Shown: positions 1-12,895 of the stretch, piece after piece
How positions within the stretch are numbered: position 1 is the first letter of the stretch
Layout of the letters: every line of letters begins with the position of its first letter
Source of the DNA: Felis catus
Taxonomy: Eukaryota
Reading direction: 5' to 3'
Length of the DNA: 64,000 nt
Assembly (NCBI RefSeq): GCF_018350175.1
Contig: NC_058368.1
Location: forward strand, 218,924,001 to 218,988,000
The notes under the pieces: model-generated
Database searches by the model: none
Told to the model about the DNA's origin: nothing
What the model saw: only the letters and a program-made list of their open reading frames with translations
Translations under genes and position numbers: made by a program

Positions 1-509
1 TTTACAAATAAATTAAGCATTAAACAAACTAAAAGCATTAGTAGCTATCTTCAACACAAGCCTCATGGATAGGCAAATGAGTTAATTGTATGTACCACAA
101 TTTCCAGTTGTGTTTATATCACTGTTTTTCCTTTCTTCCTAGTGTCACATTTTTTCTGTCTAATATTAGGTATTTCTGACTTACAGTAGGCATGTCAATA
201 ATATTTTTGAAGTATATGAGAGAAAGGAATTAAAGTGGGGAAAACAAACAATTATTGAAATTTATTACATACTTTGTCAGCAGTAAATAAAATTTCTATA
301 GACTTAAGTTTTGGAAAGATCTCAGTAAAACAGGTATAGAAAAATACTGATAAACCAGAATTAGAAATGTGTAGATAGGTAGATATATATATGTAGGGGA
401 ATATGATTCATTAAGAATCTGCCATTGCAAGTAATTAAATGGCTCTGAGATAGTTGGCTGTCCATTTGAGAGGATGGAGTCTAGTCTTGACCTCAAACTA
501 TCTCAAATG

Positions 510-1470
510 TATTTCAATGGATTAAAAAACAAAACAAGAACAAACAAAACATTCAAAAATAAAATTGAGCATAAAGAAGAATATATTTCCAGTGACTTGC
601 TTTTGAAAAGTTCTTAAATGAATGCAAAGGCCCAGATGTGAAGGCGAAAGTTGACAGATTTTACTACACAAATTTGTACGTTTGTCTCTCTATATTTGAC
701 CACACTACAATATGTACAATATAAGATTGAGAGAAAATACCCACCGCACTTATAATAGGGTATCTGTGTTCCTAAAAGAGAGTTTCTACAAACTAATTTT
801 AAAAGTATACAAACAGTATACAGAGATGTGAGGGCGATCCAGCTGCAACATCTGTCACCCCATTGGTCGCCAGTTGATGAGGTTGATCTGGCTGGTTAGG
901 CAGGTTTCCCCTTCCTCTTTCACTATGAAGCTGCACATAAAGATGTCTAAGATGACAACCTTCCCTGATAGTGAAGGACCATTTCTTGGTCAAGGGTATA
1001 TAAGTAGCTGTGCTCCCCAGCCAGAACCTCCAAACAAGTTCTCAAGGTCCATTTGTAGGAGAAGGGAGGATAGTCAAGCTTCCACAAACTTAAACCAACA
1101 AAAAATGGTATATGAACAAATAATGCCAGGAGATAAAGACAACTGGCAAGAATTATTGTTAATGTCACTAATGATTAAATACATTCAAATTAACGTTGTT
1201 ATAATTTTTTATATATCAGTTTATAAAAGGTAAATTATTGAGAACATTCAGTAATAGATGAGAACATAAAGAAAATATATTCCCATGCAGTGTAGGTGTA
1301 TGTAAAAATATCAGTTAAGTCTATTATGAAAATGTATTTCCATTTATGAAAATTAAATGTGCATCACTGCTCATCCAGAATCCACTCAATACCATTCACC
1401 AAAATATGGCTTATACTATACAAAAATTTAAACCTAGTAATGAATTTAATAGCAAAAATATTTTTGAATT
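510..1470 (+). mobile_element. Ancient L1 (L1ME-like) ORF2 3' region fragment, interrupted by the 7SK retrocopy
   Basis: A-rich degenerate L1-like sequence on both sides of 824-1084 (e.g. aaagttgacagattttactacac, gtttctacaaactaattttaaaag, tcactaatgattaaatacattcaaattaa); heavily diverged, boundaries approximate. Confidence 0.5.
824..1084 (+). pseudogene. RN7SK: 7SK snRNA processed pseudogene, 3'-truncated, with a ~20-nt internal deletion
   Basis: Colinear with mammalian 7SK: gatgtgagggcgatc...catctgtcaccccattg...gatctggctgg..agg...ggtcaagggtata..agtagctg.gctcccc...agaacctccaaacaag.tctcaaggtccatttgtaggagaa...tagtcaagcttcca. CpGs have decayed to TpG/CpA, and the 3' hairpin and U-tail are absent. 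Confidence 0.95.
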
Positions 1471-1814
1471 GAACTTAATTGTTTTCCCTGAATCTACACC
1501 TGATGATTATCTCTATGACATTTCATGAATTATATTTAAAGTTTTACACTGCTATATATTTTCACAACTTCTTTATCTTTGAGAAGAAAAGTTAAGATTT
1601 TGAAAAATATAATTACATTATATACATTTGAAGCAGGGATGAAAAAACAATAAGTGAGGAGAAAGTATAAAATACTCTACCTTTGTTTTCCCTCGGAGGG
1701 AAAAATAAATGCAATTTGGTGACCTTTGATCTAGAAAGGCTGAGTTATTAGTGATGCAAAGGGTCAGAAGCAAACTAAATATCCAGGCAACATATTTAGA
1801 GATAAACATTCATG

Positions 1815-2046
1815 GGGGGCACCTGGGTGGCTCAGTTGGTTAAGCATCTGACTCTTGATTTCAGCTCAAGTCACGATCTCGCAGTTCGTGAGTTCAAGCC
1901 CTACCTTGGCCTCTGCACTGACAGTGTGGAGCCTGCTTGGAATTCTCTCTATCTCCCTTTATCTCTGTCCCTCTCCTGCTTGTGCTCTCTCTCAATCTCT
2001 CTCTTTCTCTCTCTCTCTCTTTCAAAATAAATAAATAAACTTAAAC
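1815..2046 (+). mobile_element. Can-SINE (feliform, SINEC_Fc2-like)
   Basis: ggggcacctgggtggctcag head, CT-rich body, aaataaataaa tail; TSD agataaacattcatg at 1800-1814 and 2047-2061. Confidence 0.95.
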
Positions 2047-2793
2047 AGATAAACATTCATGTAAACAAAGGAAGTAAAATCCCATGAATAAAGAAACCAC
2101 AAAATGAACAAGTACTACTTTCAGAGCAATGAAAACACTTACCTAGGTGTCAATAGTGCAATGCAAATTATAAACTGGCACTAAATTTTTCTTAATTCAA
2201 AGAAGTAGAATTAAACATGCTCTCTAATGGAGAAATAAAGGACTGTGGGCAAAGTGTCCTTCAATGAACAGTCTTACCCTAGAGTATGAAATGGAGATGC
2301 TATCCGTGCCAAATGAGAAGAAAAATCCTGTTTCAGACTTAAGCATCTTTCAACCTATGTATCTTTCTGAGTCCCTGCTATTTGAGTCTCTCCTAAATCA
2401 CTAACTTTTGTGCTGGATCATTAGATAATAATTAGTTACCTTGACAGTAGTTTATTTCTTCTATTTTTCTAATTTTCATCAGAAGTCCTAAGATATCTCT
2501 AGGAGAAACTCTGAGTAGGTTAAACAAAATAAAATTACTAATTGCCAAACTTTCCTCTGCCAAAGCTTGTATAACAAATAATCTGATTCTTTTTCATTAT
2601 TTATTTAAGTATTTTTATTGGCCACGTGTTTTAGGATCTACTGTTCTTTCACATTAATTAAAAGCTGAACTTAATTGGGTGCCCCGCTACTTCTACTATC
2701 TATATGAGAATGGCCATGGAAAAACTCGAGGCTTATATTTTAGTAAGGAGAGAAATAAAATCAGTAGTATTCTTAAAAGTCTTATTTAGGAGC

Positions 2794-2810
2794 GAGAGAA
2801 AGAGAGAAAG

Positions 2811-2842
<32 letters not shown>

Positions 2843-2870
2843 CACATGCATGTGTATGTGCATGTGTGTG
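2794..2870. repeat. Compound (GA)n(GT)n microsatellite
   Basis: Seen directly. Confidence 0.9.
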
Positions 2871-4642
2871 GATTTACAGGTAACTCATTTCAACTTAATC
2901 ACTTAAAATAAAGATAACTTGTTGCTACTGGAAATGCTTTCATAAACATAAATAGTATCTCAAACAAATCATGTAAAACTCAAGGATGAAATTATAGTAG
3001 ACACATGAAACAAGTTTTCAAATTTGTCTTACCAATTTCTCAAAATCAGAGCCCTTCTACATCTTGTTAGTGGCTCATGAGCTTAAATGAACAGAAACAC
3101 AAAATGGAAACAAAAAAATTCAGATACAGGAATATAGAATTTTAAAAATACATTTTTCACGTGTGAGTTTTAAAGGAAAAGTATCAGGGAGATTTTATTG
3201 TGTTTTGCATATGTTCTGCAGCATGTGCTTACCCCTCTTGCATTCATCACCTACCAGTTTATTGATCTATTTACATCTAGCATGACTAATAAGCAAAACA
3301 TATTAGGATCATCTATATTTTATTGAAGATGGGCTGTTTATTTATTCCATAAAAGTCTATATGTAAGTCTTTTTGTTAGACTCTAAAATGACTAAATACA
3401 TAATGAACAGACACCTATACAGAGAATTTGAATTATTTCCTTTTAGCTTACGGTCATTCTTATAACCAAGATCTTTCTATATACTACATGGATAAAGATT
3501 CCAAGAAGATGATGAATGTGAGAGGGAAAAGGGCTTGGCAGATATGCAACTAAATCAGTATTCTCAAAGAGAAAGGTATGAGTAAAAACACCATGCTGGT
3601 AAGTGCTGAGTGGGTTAAAGTCATGAAAAGATCAAGGACTAGTACATTTAGAAATGTGGCATTAAGCCGGAGTTTAGTATGATTCATGTCCCTTGATGGC
3701 TTATAAATTCAAAAAGATCATTCTGGCTGAATAGATTACACTTGAGTGGTATCAACAGCCCGAGGAATCTGGCCAAACAGCAGTGAACATGAGCTACAAA
3801 GTGCTTTTGGCATTTGTCGTTATTTAGACAATGTTGTCATTATACAGGAAATTTATAGAAAGCATTCATAGAATCTAAGCAACATGTCCCTGAGGTAGTA
3901 ATAACATGGTTTGGGGGGTACAGAGGCTAAATGTGAATCTTTTAAAGAGGAAAACAGGACCTCGGGTAATGTTATAAATGCAAGTGGTTTCTTGGGTAAC
4001 AGGATAAAATAGTATCTGTAAACTATGCTCCATGCCCAAAATGACTTAGGCTGCTTGTGTTCATGGGATTTATAAATTACTACTTTAGCTAAATTTTAAA
4101 AGCCTGAGTCAGAGAATGGCAGTGATTTTTAATTTATATGCTACATACGCTTATATTTTAGAATGCATGTTTTATAATTTCAGATAGTTTTCCTACTTGA
4201 CAAAGTCTTAAACAATATAGTACCTACTGCTTCTCTTCAGTAACTCCTAATCAAGTTAGGATTTTACATAGCCCACTTTGTTATCTTCAAAATTATTTTA
4301 GCACTTTTAGAGAAACAAATAAGTACCATAATGAGAATATGAGGTCTGTTATTTTTTTTCCAATTTCTTCTCTTATTCCAGTACAGAAGGAACTTTTATA
4401 CACAAACCTAATCTAATTGGCTCACAACATAAAGTGATACTTTTTATCCCCCATATTTCGTTTAAAGAATACAATTTTTAACATAGCTTTGGGGATTCGA
4501 AGGAAGAGAAATAAATAGCACTCTTGTCGTTATTCACATTCTAAAACAATTGAGAAATAAGACTAGAGATTAAGTGGAATGGAAGATTAAATAAAGTCTT
4601 AATTTCTGATGAAGATCACATTGAGGAAAATGGCATATAAAA

Positions 4643-4750
4643 CTTACTTTATTGATTCTAAGACCCACATCATTTCACATTTTAACTTATCCAAAATCAG
4701 GGTAAATGTATATTCAATGTTGTCTTACAATTACTATAGTCAGCTGACAT
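4643..4750 (+). mobile_element. TcMar-Tc2 DNA transposon end (MER104/Kanga-like)
   Basis: attgattctaagacccacatcatttcacattttaacttatccaaaatcaggg...tgtcttacaat resembles the recalled MER104/Kanga terminus. Confidence 0.55.
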
Positions 4751-5292
4751 TTACTGTATACTTGTTAGTTTATGCTGATTTTTCCTTCCAAACTCATTTA
4801 TTAGATATAGTCATTCATGAAGCCCTAGTGGGAAGTAAGTGAAAACATAAAGAAATAATCTGCTCAAGCACTTAGGCCTGTAATACTCACCTTCATTCTT
4901 TTTATGTGCTTTCTTTCAGCCACTAGAATGTATGAAGCATTCCATACATTATTAGAATCATCTTGAATATTGAACAACACACTTGGACATAGCTTTGCCT
5001 CAAAACATTCTACACTGAACATCATCAGTTTTGGCTAAGAACAATGACTTCCATGACACATTATTTAATCAGCACTCTTTAGTCAGCGTATTGACATTTC
5101 AGCTTTAGTTGCAACTATTGACCATTTGCTTCGTCTTGACATAGCCTGTGATTTAATTTTGGTGGAAAAAAATCTTAATGGTAATTTGCAATCCCAGCAA
5201 AAACCCTAATAGAAATGTTCAATCCCAGATATGAGTAACTCTGATAGACTAAAAGTTCTACTCAGGCCATAGAGAAATCCAAATAAAATAAG

Positions 5293-5337
5293 CAGAAGGA
5301 GAAGAAGGAGAAGAAGAAGGAGAAGAAGAAGATGAAG

Positions 5338-5373
<36 letters not shown>

Positions 5374-5474
5374 TTTGAAGAGAGGAGGAGGAGGAGAAGT
5401 TTGAAGAGAGGAAGAGGAGGGGGAGGAAGAAGAAGGAGGGAGAGGGAGAAGGAGAAGGAGGAGAAAAAGAAGAA
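5293..5474. repeat. Purine-rich (GAG/GAA)n low-complexity tract
   Basis: Seen directly; explains ORF 5262..5492. Confidence 0.9.
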
Positions 5475-6017
5475 GCTTACTAAATAATCCATTGGAAAGC
5501 TGCTGTGGAAATCAACACTTGATGAAACAAGATTCTATATGGAAAGAAAACCAAAGAAGAATGAGCCAATATTCTGTTGTACCAGTTTCCTTCCTTCCTT
5601 CTTAGAGGTTGACTCTTCTTCACATGGAGTTAGAAATTGAAAATCTGTGCAGTAATGCCCAGAGACAGAGAAGATGGAAGAAATTTCATCAATCTTTACT
5701 GGGATGGGAACATACAATTTTGGTTTGGGGACTAATACATTAACCAGAATTTGATGGGAACAACATCTCAGAACAAAGAGAGATGCAGAGATACGAACAG
5801 AATAGTCAGTTTTCCCCTTGAGCCATGTGCCAAATTATTAAATTGTACAGGGCAAGACTTAAAAGTCAAGACAAAAGAATCTGAAAGGAAGATGGGGGTT
5901 TTTGACATTTTCTCAGTGCTAAGGGAATAAAAATTAAAGTTCCTTAGTTTCCAAAGAGAAGAAACAAAATTATAAAAAAATTAATATATATTATTCTTAT
6001 ATAAGTGTGAGTGTACT

Positions 6018-6230
6018 GGGGCACCTGGGTGGCTCAGTCGGTTAAACGGCCAACTTCAGCTCAGGTCATGATCTCATGGTTTGTGAGTTTGAGCCTCGCA
6101 TCGGTCTCTGTGGTGACAGCTTGGAACCTGGAGCCTGCTTCAGATTCTGTGTCTCCCTCGCTCTCTGTTCCTCCCCTGCTTGCACTCTGTCTCTCTCAAA
6201 AACAAATAAAGATTAAAAAAATTAAAAAAG
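6018..6230 (+). mobile_element. Can-SINE (SINEC_Fc-like)
   Basis: Canonical head and tail; TSD aagtgtgagtgtac at 6003-6016 and 6231-6244. Confidence 0.95.
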
Positions 6231-6409
6231 AAGTGTGAGTGTACCTGAGAATCAAACCAGAGTGAACTCAATCACTCAAATATTACTACTCTACCTCAAG
6301 TCAGTATGAAGTGATACTCTCTCAGTCTTGCTATCATATTTTATGGTTAAAACAATCTGGAGAATAAAATGATCACTGGAATCCTATATTATTTTTCATA
6401 AATAATTCT

Positions 6410-6825
6410 TACAGTTAACTTTATGTGTCAACTTGACTAGGCTATGGTGCCCAGTTGTTTGGTCAAACACTAGTCTACATGTTGCTATGAAGACATTTTT
6501 AAGATGTAATTAGCATTTATAATCAGTCAACTTTAAGAAAAGCAGATTTCTGTCAGTAATGTGGGTGGACTTCATAAAAATAGTTGAAGTCTTTAAGAGC
6601 AAACACAGATTTTCTGGAGAAGAAGGAATTCTGCTTCACAACTGGGACATTAACTCTTACCTGAGTTTCTAGCCTTCAGGCCTACCCTACAGATTCTTGA
6701 CTTTCTATTTGCAGTAACCCAAAATCACATGAGCCTATCCCTTAAAATAATTTCAGATAGATGGATAGATAGATAGATAGATAGAGTCCATTGTTCTCTG
6801 TGTCTGGAGAACCCTGACGTAGACA
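6410..6825 (+). mobile_element. ERVL solo LTR, MLT2 family (MLT2D-like)
   Basis: ttaactttatgtgtcaacttgactaggcta...ttgtttggtcaaacactagtcta..gttgct start and ctggagaaccctgac end; internal (GATA)n. Confidence 0.85.
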
Positions 6826-6849
6826 ACAGTACCCAGCAATAAAAGATAA

Positions 6850-7400
6850 ATGTTGATGCATATGATAAAGAAGACCAAGATAAAAATAAAAATAAAAATG
6901 AATACTAGAGGCAAAATCCAAGATAAATAACATAGTAGATTATCATACATGGGTTTGAAAATAAATGGGAATGCTATGTTCTTAAACACAGGTAATTAGT
7001 AGGGAATTTACCATAGAACAATTTTAATAAAAGCAATTAAATGCAAATTCTAGAACTGAAATGATATTGGCTACTAAGAACATAATAGATTGCTTTGGCT
7101 TAAGATTGGTCACAGCATAAAAGAATTTGTGAACCATTGCCAGAGAACAAAAATTTTCAGACTGAGGCTAAGAGTGAAAAAAAAAAAGGATAGAAAATAC
7201 AGAAGGAGGAAAAATAGCTTGAAAGATCTGAGACAGATCAAATGGATTTAATATACATATAACTGAAGTCACAGAAAAAGATAGGTGAGACACCGGGACA
7301 GAAGTAATAACATGAGACATATGTGCTAAGAATTTCCTGAAACTGATAATAAAGTAATTACCCAAAAGGAGATAAGAATGTTAGGAGATAAAACAAGTGA
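6850..7400 (+). mobile_element. Ancient L1 ORF1 fragment
   Basis: Degenerate translation IHITEVTEK...DICAKNFLKL resembles L1 ORF1p IRIIGVPE...EIIAENFPNL. Confidence 0.6.
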
Positions 7401-7600
7401 TTCTACTACAGTGATTTTGTTTGTTTGCTTGATTTTTTTTTCTTTACTATGCCAATGGGTACTTTTTTCTATTCTACATAATATTTTGGTCAAAACATTT
7501 TATAAAAATATAGACATTCTGTCATCTGTATTTATTGATAGTATAAGTGAGTGCAGAAGGAAAGTAGAAAGATTCAAAAGGATTTAATATAGTTATGATA

Positions 7601-7826
7601 GGGGCGCCTGGGTGGCTCAGTCGGTTGAGCTTCTGACTTCGGCTCAGGTCATGACCTCATGGTCTGTGAGTTGGAGCCCCATGTCGGGCTCTGTGCTGAG
7701 AGCCCAGAGCCTGGAGCCTGCTTCAGAATCTGTGTCTCCCTCTCTCTCTGAACCTCATCTGTTCATGCTCTGTCTCTCTCTGTCTCAAAGATAAATAAAC
7801 ATTAAAAAAATTTAAAAAATTAAAAA
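7601..7826 (+). mobile_element. Can-SINE (SINEC_Fc-like)
   Basis: TSD taatatagttatgata at 7585-7600 and 7827-7842. Confidence 0.95.
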
Positions 7827-7891
7827 TAATATAGTTATGATAGTATAGAATTAACAAACTAAAAATTAAATATAAAATTATTAATTAATAT

Positions 7892-8260
7892 ATGTTTAGC
7901 CAGGGTTCTCCAGGGAAGCAGAACATCTCTAGGATATGTGTAGATACGTCTGAGATTTATTATATAAATTGACTCACACAGTTATGGAGGCTGAGAAGTC
8001 TCACAGTCTGCTGTCCACAAGCTGGAGATTCAGGAAAGTTGGGAGTATAATTCAGACTGAGTCCAAAGGTCTGAATACCAGAAGAGTTGCTGGTGTAACA
8101 CCCAGTCCAGGTGTGGATGGATCTTCCCTACTCAGTCTACTGAATCAAATGCGAATCTCTTTCAGAAAAACCCTCACTCACATACCCAGAAATAATGTTT
8201 TACCAGCTATCTGGACATCCTTTCACCTGGTTAAGTTAACACATAAAATTAACCATGATA
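7892..8260 (-). mobile_element. ERVL solo LTR, MLT2 family
   Basis: agggttctccag...gactcacacagttatggaggctgagaagtc...aagttaacacataaaattaacca is reverse-strand MLT2; explains ORF 7969..8391. Confidence 0.85.
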
Positions 8261-8776
8261 ATATAGAAAAGTTAAAATTCAGTCATCAAAATTACAAGGT
8301 CGGGATTTGCTGTCATGATATAGTAAAGTTCACTTTAAGGCCTGTTTGTAGAATTCCGTGTGTTAATACTTGGTACTTCACAAGAACCTGAACACAGTCT
8401 CAGCAAATAATAATTTTGCTGACAGAGATGCCATGCATTTATTTATAAACACATAATAATGGGTCACAAAAAGGCCATAATCCTGTATAATCAAACATGT
8501 TTGATAGTTATACCTAAGTGCTATGAGCAGTTCTCAGTGCAAAATTGCAGAAGTTCTAAATGAGATATGTATATCTGAATATTTGGGGAAATATGTGATA
8601 TGAGCAATAAGCAATTTTTAAATATTTTCATTAAATTTAATGTTTAATATTTTAAATAGTAAATAATTCAATTATTTTCAAATTATTATTAATTAATCAA
8701 GATTAATATTTGAGTTAATGTTGATTTTGGTACATAGAAGATGTGAAAGAGATTATTAAGTGATAAGAATACAGTT

Positions 8777-8940
8777 GGGGATGCCTGGGTGACTCAGTCA
8801 GTTAAGCTGACTCTTGATTTTGGCTTAGGTCATGATCTCCTGGAGTCCCGCATCAGGTTCTGCAATGACAGCACAGAGCCTGCTTTGGATTCTCTCTTCC
8901 TCTCTCTTTGTTCCTCCCCTACTCATGTTCTCTCTCTCTT

Positions 8941-8990
<50 letters not shown>

Positions 8991-9018
8991 AAAATAAATA
9001 CAAAATAAACTTTAAAAA
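8777..9018 (+). mobile_element. Can-SINE (SINEC_Fc2-like) with expanded (CT)n
   Basis: TSD aagaatacagttgg at 8765-8778 and 9019-9032. Confidence 0.93.
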
Positions 9019-9059
9019 AAGAATACAGTTGGCTTTACATTAATCATGTAATATGTTTA

Positions 9060-9519
9060 ATGTCATGTTTAAAAGTTTTGCCTTATCTGGGAGGTGAGAG
9101 TGTTTGATAGGTATTAAACGGGTTTGCATTCTCAGAAAAGTTATTTGTGGAGGTCTTGGTGAAATACAGGATGGATTAGAGGAGTAAATTTTTGTAGTTT
9201 ATGGACACATAAGTGTACTAATAAAGTTGAAGATAGGAGTACTGGCAAACTAATATTGGGGAAAAAAAGACAGTTTAGTTAAGTAGTAGGAAAATGTTTG
9301 GGAAAAATATTGTCTGCGATAAAATAGAAAATAAAACATGTACCTAAAGACCTTATGCACGCTAAAGTGTTACCTGACTTTTCCTGGCTATGTCAGGAAG
9401 CATTAGGTATGTTAAGTTACTGTAGGAAAGTATTAAGCTAAGGAAAGAATCATTAAGTTTGAAAGAATTTATATAAAATCCATATGGCTCAGGATTTACT
9501 ATATATATTCTGTATAATC

Positions 9520-9557
<38 letters not shown>

Positions 9558-10880
9558 GCCTATCTATTTATCTATTTATATAAAATCTTTAGATTCCCTA
9601 GTATGCAAAATTTTCAAAGAAGAAAATTAAAGCTTAGAAAACAACTAATGATGGGGTTGTAACGCACTTTGTTAAGACCTCTGAAGGATTTAAGGTATAC
9701 TTAATAGACAAGCCCAGCTATACCAAAAAGCTTTTAAGAATCCTAAAGGGATTGACCTATAGTGGCCATATGGTTACAGCTAAAGAGAATTTCGTTTCAT
9801 TAAAATGTGTGAATGTGTCTTTTGAAACATGAATTCATAGACAACACACTAAATCTTTAAAAGAGTTGCATTAGCAAATATAATAATGACTTAGATTAAC
9901 TGGCATTGAACTTGTTTAATTAGAAAAATGGGATCTGGGCCCCAGATCTCTATGAAAAAAAGGAAGTTGAATTGCATGTTACCCAACTTCAATCATGGGC
10001 TATTCTTGTGAAAAGGAAATGCCATCCCAGAGGGCCAATTCATAGTTTTATCAGAGGGTAAAGCCAAAATCTAAAGAGAACAATAGACTAGGAAACAACA
10101 CCCAGGAATTAGAACATATGCTCAGCCTGATTTCATAAATGTTTCTTACTCTTCCCTATTCTGATCAAAAGTTCCTATTGGGATTGTCTCATTCCTGTCT
10201 CACTTTTGCATGGTGGATGTTTGGGGGAATGAATGATGTTTCTTTTTCATTCACTCTCTTGGATCAAGAAGATATTGCACTTGAAGATCTGCAGCCCTTT
10301 GTGCTTCATCTGTATCTGGACCTAATGCAGTTCACGAGATTATGGATTTGGAGCCTGATGCCATAATTTGAAAATAATTTGGTAGTTCCAGGAATGACGC
10401 TGAACATATTTTATAGAGGGGAGTAACTTAGATCAGATTCTTAGGAAACACTCTGAGACAGAAATTGTGTGCCTGAAGTTTATTGCTAAAAGCTCTCAGA
10501 AAAAAAAAAAAAATCTATGGGTGAATGACAGAAGCAGCTTTGGGCAGAGGAAGAATTTGAACGCTAATGAAGTTACAACAAATCCTCCACCAATATTATT
10601 GACAGCTCTGGAACTGAGATGTATCTTCAAGTTGACCCAGGCTGAGCTAAGTCTTTATACCCAGCGTGGGCAGGTAATTGGATGCAGCCTGCATAGGAGA
10701 GAAGCTATGAGGCAATAGCTAGTTAGAAGAGGCTTTAATTGTCCTTTAATATAAGGACAATTCCTGGGAAGGGGTTAACCTTTGAGCTTTTCATAGAAAA
10801 GTTTCTTGCAGCTAGGGAAAATACGCTTTTTTTCATTAAAGGAGGATGTAAAGAACAGACTAACTTGTGGCCAGAGGGCG
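9060..10880 (+). mobile_element. ERVL-MaLR internal sequence (MLT1-int-like), interrupted by an LTR at ~10425-10855
   Basis: Recalled MLT-int motifs (ctttgttaagacctctgaaggatttaagg; ttggagcctgatgccataat; ttgtggccagagggcg immediately before the LTR). Confidence 0.6.
10425..10855 (-). mobile_element. ERVL LTR, LTR16-family-like
   Basis: ttcttaggaaacactctgagacagaaattgtgtgc..aagtttattg...gggcagaggaagaatttgaac...agctctggaactgagatg...attggatgcagcctgc. Confidence 0.6.
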
Positions 10881-11545
10881 CATGTTGGTAAACAGGAAAA
10901 TGCCCCAAATTTGTCTCATTCCTGTATTCACATCCACTTGAAAAGTGATTTCCTCACTCCTCCTACCTAAAGTAAGGGTCTGTCTCTCTGACTTTTAAAT
11001 CTGAAGCTGGCCATGTGGTGTGCTTTCGTCAATGGTATGCTTGGAAACACAACGAAAAATGTGAATGAGACCATTTGGTGAGAGAGCAGGAAGGACCACA
11101 TGGAAAGAGAGGCATAACCATCTCAGTCATTCTGTTCATCCCAGCTGAGGCCAAAGACATGTGATACAGACATGTGTCTTAGACAGTCAGCTCTCACCAA
11201 GCTGTTCCAAACCAGAGCTCCTATGTAATCACAACTCTTAAAAAGATAAAAAATAAAAAATAAAAAATAATTGCTGCATTAAGCCACTAATTTTTTTTTC
11301 AGCGTTTATTTATTTTTGGGACAGAGAGAGACAGAGCATGAACGGGGGAGAGGCAGAGAGAGAGGGAGACACAGAATCGGAAACAGGCTCCAGGCTCTGA
11401 GCCATCAGCCCAGAGCCCGACGCGGGGCTCGAACTCACGGACCGCGAGATCGTGACCTGGCTGAAGTCGGACGCTTAACCGACTGCGCCACCCAGGCGCC
11501 CCTAGCCACTAAATTTTGAAGGTGTTTTTGTGCATCTAATTCATA
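10881..11545 (+). mobile_element. MaLR LTR (old MLT1 family), interrupted by a SINE
   Basis: gctggccatgtg..gtgctttcgtcaatgg, ggaccacatggaaagagagg, cccagctgagg..agacatgtga, taagccactaa..ttttg 3' motif. Confidence 0.7.
11291..11502 (-). mobile_element. Young feline SINE (SINEC_Fc3-like)
   Basis: CpG-intact, with diagnostic gccatcagcccagagcccgacgcgg and aatcggaaacagg; TSD agccactaa at 11282-11290 and 11504-11512. Confidence 0.97.
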
Positions 11546-12609
11546 AACATAGATATCAGCTATGCATATGCAATTATTTCCTTTCTTCCTTTCCTTTGTT
11601 TTGATTATATATTAATATCATTTTTCTCATGGTGAAGGTTTATGGAATATGTATGAGATAGATTAATTGTGGGTCAAAGTGGCTAACAAAAAGGATTATA
11701 GGTATTTGACTTCATACTTTGGAGGATAATATCAAAGATACAACAAAGGTGGCAAACTAAAATGACTGGGTAGCACAATCGATATTTCTAAACTATCTGT
11801 AATTGATGTGGAAACGATTGCCCTTTTTTTTCTATATGTCCAAGAATATGAATGGAATTTGTGTCATATTTTAACTATATGTTCCCTAATACTCATAGGG
11901 AAATAGGTTTGCCACTTACTATTGCCACATAGGGTAAATTAAACCCATAACATTAGTATGTTTACAAATAATAACCATTTGTGGAACTTATCAGATGGTG
12001 AAATTTAGCAAATTCATACATTGTAAGAAAACACAACAAGACAAAGCAGCATACTTTCTGTTTTAGTTTTTTTTCTCCATATGTAGCACTTAAAAATCCA
12101 TCATTGGTGTATTTTTTTATATGTTCAAGGCACATATCTTCATGGTAGTAAATGATTTAAAGACTATTAATAAGCATGGGTATGTGATAAAATTAGATTT
12201 CCATTCTTAATTCATGTCAACATGATTGTCACACCCAAATTTAAATGCATGCTAGTTTAAGCCATCTATATGTGTGTCTACACACACACACTCATAATAT
12301 ATAATATTTCCTCATACCTCATATACACAGATGTAATATTCTTCATTGACTAGCATGTGTATTTTGTCTTGACATTCATAATCTTTCACCAAAATCATTC
12401 TCCTCTATTTAATAGTTGTTATGAAAACCAAATACGGCATACCATACATTTGAAAAATTATCAGTGTTTCTTATGAAGGTATGTTCAGGATCAATTCATT
12501 ACCTAACAAATTTTAATTCTTCACCGAAATGGACATAAAGGTGTTCAAAACTTTTAAATGACAGATTTTCTTCTATGTGTCCTGGTAAGCAAAGGGAAAT
12601 TTAGTAGAA

Positions 12610-12895
12610 AAAGGGGATTAAGTATACACTTACTGTGATGAGCATTGAGGAATCTACAGAACTATCGAAGCATTATATTGTATAACGTAAACTAATGTAA
12701 CACTGTATGTTAATGATACTGAAAAAAATAAATAAATATGTCATGGAGATGAAAAATCAGCATAAGGACTATAATCAATAATATTGTGATAATGTATGTT
12801 AAACAATGGTGATTACATGTTTGTGGTGAGCATTGTATGATATACAGAATTGTTGAACCACTATGCTGTATGTCTACTATACTTCAATAATAAAT
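12610..12895 (+). mobile_element. Two adjacent or nested L1 3'-UTR fragments
   Basis: ggggattaag...tgtgatgagcattga...aactaatgtaacactgtatgttaat + A tail, then gtcatggagatgaaaa..agcataagga.tataatcaataatattg...tatacttcaataa. Confidence 0.75.

Noticed and set aside
799..1233. ORFs 874..1233, 799..993 and 947..1168
   Set aside because: They overlap the 7SK retrocopy and old L1; chance reading frames
3480..4120. Complex non-repeat sequence that might hold an exon or conserved element
   Set aside because: No convincing ORF with splice sites; conservation cannot be judged from one sequence
7969..8391. 140-aa ORF
   Set aside because: Lies in an antisense MLT2 LTR and has a non-ATG start
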